From contig JBNGDW010000003.1 of the NCBI GenBank assembly GCA_049975325.1, positions 1 to 39,418 on the forward strand: DNA of 39,418 nucleotides, read 5' to 3'. The notes under the pieces are model-generated. The model ran no database searches. It was not told the DNA's origin and saw only the letters and a program-made list of their open reading frames with translations. How positions within the stretch are numbered: position 1 is the stretch's first letter; each line of letters starts with the position of its first letter. This stretch comes from Candidatus Cloacimonadia bacterium. GTDB taxonomy: Bacteria; Cloacimonadota; Cloacimonadia; JGIOTU-2; JBNGDW01. Shown in pieces: positions 37,546 to 39,418 of this stretch. The position numbers and the translations under genes are program-made.

Positions 37546-38534
37546 TGATAAAAAGAATTTTGGGACGCTCCTTTACATATTTTATGCTCGCTTTATGCGG
37601 ATCAATAATGATTATTCCGTTCTTATGGATGGTTTCTACTTCACTTAAATCACAGATAGAAATAAATAGAGGGGGTATCGGATTTATTCCTTATGATCAG
37701 CTAGTTTACTATGAACATGACGGTGTAAAGGAGCGAGTAGAAATTGTTGACCAGCAAGGGGAATTTGCGGTCGTAAACATTTACGATGAGCAGGAAGAGA
37801 GCTTTAAACAATCATTCGTAACAGTTCCAGTAAATGCGCTGAGCTACGAAAAAAAGATAAGATTTCATTTCGAAAATTATGCTGAGGTGTTTCAACGAGT
37901 ACCATTTGGTCTCTATTTTATCAATTCTATACTTGTCTCCCTCTGCACGCTTTTAGGGGTGCTTATAACTTCATCCCTCGCTGCCTACGCATTTGCAAGG
38001 ATGCAGTTTAAAGGTAGGGATTTTATATTTTATCTATTCATTAGTATGATGATGGTGCCGCAGCCAATATATCTTATCCCTTCCTATATCCTTCTTAATA
38101 CAATCGGCTGGATAGATACATACCAGGCATTAATCGTGCCATGGCTTGCAAACATTTTTAGTATTTTCTTACTTCGCCAGCATTTTAAAACGATACCACA
38201 GGATCTTTTCGATGCCGCAGTTATTGATGGGTGCTCCCGCCCTCGAATCCTGTGGCAAATTATCCTACCCATATCTAAACCTATACTCGTCACTACTGGC
38301 ATCTTCTCTTTAATCGGAAGTTGGAATAGTTTTATGTGGCCACTTGTGATGACCAGTAGCGAAAATCTGCGTGTTGTCCAGGTTGGACTATCCTATTTTG
38401 CCCAGGAATCCTCATCTCAAACAGCTCTTCTTATGGCTGGCTCGACCCTATCTATCGCTCCCCTTGTTATCTTATTCCTCTTTGCCCAGCGCCAGATTAT
38501 TTCAAGTTATATCACGAGCGGACTAAAAGAATAA
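37545..38534 (+). CDS. carbohydrate ABC transporter permease (MalG/UgpE type)
   Basis: PFLWMVSTSLK, AAYAFAR, DAAVIDG and WNSFMWPL motifs; TAATG stop/start overlap with the previous gene. Confidence 0.93.
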   Translation: MIKRILGRSFTYFMLALCGSIMIIPFLWMVSTSLKSQIEINRGGIGFIPYDQLVYYEHDGVKERVEIVDQQGEFAVVNIYDEQEESFKQSFVTVPVNALSYEKKIRFHFENYAEVFQRVPFGLYFINSILVSLCTLLGVLITSSLAAYAFARMQFKGRDFIFYLFISMMMVPQPIYLIPSYILLNTIGWIDTYQALIVPWLANIFSIFLLRQHFKTIPQDLFDAAVIDGCSRPRILWQIILPISKPILVTTGIFSLIGSWNSFMWPLVMTSSENLRVVQVGLSYFAQESSSQTALLMAGSTLSIAPLVILFLFAQRQIISSYITSGLKE

Positions 38535-38711
38535 ATCCCCAAAAAATTTCAAGCAAATCTCTTAATCTTTTATTCTGTTACCAGCTATCTCTTACTAAAA
38601 GACACTGTATAGCAATTGTCTAATCTGGAAAGCAACTCTTCCCATCAATAAGCTTGACACAATGTAATGAATTTTCCTTAATTAGTTACTAAATCCTTTC
38701 AAGGAGGTATC

Positions 38712-38969
38712 ATGGAAAAGGAAATCGGAAAAGTTACACATTTTTGGGGCCATATCTCGGTTGCAGGGATAGACCTCACAAAAGGCGAACTTAAAGTCGG
38801 TGACATGATTCATATCAAAGGAACTACTACTGACTTTACGCAAAGAGTTGAATCAATGCATATAGAAGAAAATGCTATTGAAAAGGCAAAAATAGGTGAC
38901 TCTATTGGGGTGAAGGTTGAGGACCGTGTGCGCGAAAATGATGTGGTATATCTAATAACGGAGGAATAA
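38712..38969 (+). CDS. small translation-factor-like beta-barrel protein (U32 C-terminal/EF-Tu domain II-like)
   Basis: IGKVTHF...LKVGDMIHIKG...FTQRVESM...GDSIGVKV...VRENDVVY pattern; strong AAGGAGGT Shine-Dalgarno sequence. Confidence 0.82.
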   Translation: MEKEIGKVTHFWGHISVAGIDLTKGELKVGDMIHIKGTTTDFTQRVESMHIEENAIEKAKIGDSIGVKVEDRVRENDVVYLITEE

Positions 38970-39008
38970 TCAGAATAGTTTTCTAACAAAGGCGATTCAA
39001 TAATCTAT

Positions 39009-39418
39009 ATGCGCCGCATTCTAATAACAGATATAGGCAGCACCACAACGAAAGCTGTACTATTTAAAAAAAGGGAGGATACATATATCCTACAAGGGCT
39101 TCACAAGGTAGGCACAACTGTTGAAAAGCCGGTAGAAGATGTAAAAATTGGTATTTACAAGGCAATTTGTTCTCTGGAAGATGAGATTTTAGAACTTATT
39201 CTAAAACAGGATGCCTCCCCTCAGAAACTTAGCTTTCAAGATGATGTGCAATATCTTACGACAAGTAGTGCTGGGGGCGGCTTGCAAATCCTTGTATTAG
39301 GGCTGACACTCTTTGATTCTGCAAGTAGCGCAAAACGAGCAGCCTATGGCTCCGGTGGAGTTATTCTGGACACCTTTGCCATAAACGATAACCGTTCCTC
39401 AGTAGAAAAAATGCGGCT
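39009..39418 (+). CDS. glmL: glutamate mutase L (GlmL/MutL)-family ASKHA ATPase (partial, runs off right edge)
   Basis: Not in the ORF track; translated by hand as MRRILITDIGSTTTKA...TTVEKPVEDV...TSSAGGGLQILVLGL...SAKRAAYGSGGVI. Confidence 0.88.
   Translation, partial: MRRILITDIGSTTTKAVLFKKREDTYILQGLHKVGTTVEKPVEDVKIGIYKAICSLEDEILELILKQDASPQKLSFQDDVQYLTTSSAGGGLQILVLGLTLFDSASSAKRAAYGSGGVILDTFAINDNRSSVEKMR

Overview
AT-rich, gene-dense bacterial chromosomal segment. Almost every protein gene from 1 to about 36,000 is on the minus strand, and the orientation flips at a divergent promoter region near 36,020. The gene content (PorU/C25 peptidase and a cargo protein with T9SS/FlgD-like C-terminal domains, split methylmalonyl-CoA mutase, phosphate butyryltransferase, GlmL, archaeal-type LeuC/LeuD) suggests an anaerobic FCB-group organism, possibly Cloacimonadota; this is an inference. 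Housekeeping genes are fmt, def, yajC, glyA, rpiB, folE2, apbE, ugd, rpsT, a pgsA-like gene, nadK and five tRNAs. The most notable items are: (1) a terminator-delimited four-gene membrane module of unknown function (FN3-repeat/DUF6754-like protein plus three membrane proteins); (2) a dispersed 16-bp palindrome TCCGCC-N4-GGCGGA, with two copies inside genes in the same reading frame; (3) an orphan Bpu10I-like restriction-enzyme homolog that appears catalytically dead; (4) a PorU / nested-domain cargo / O-antigen-ligase-TPR cluster; (5) one LeuC-like subunit with two LeuD-like subunits carrying different specificity loops. No CRISPR array, integrase or transposase was seen. All family assignments come from motif recognition by eye, not from database searches.
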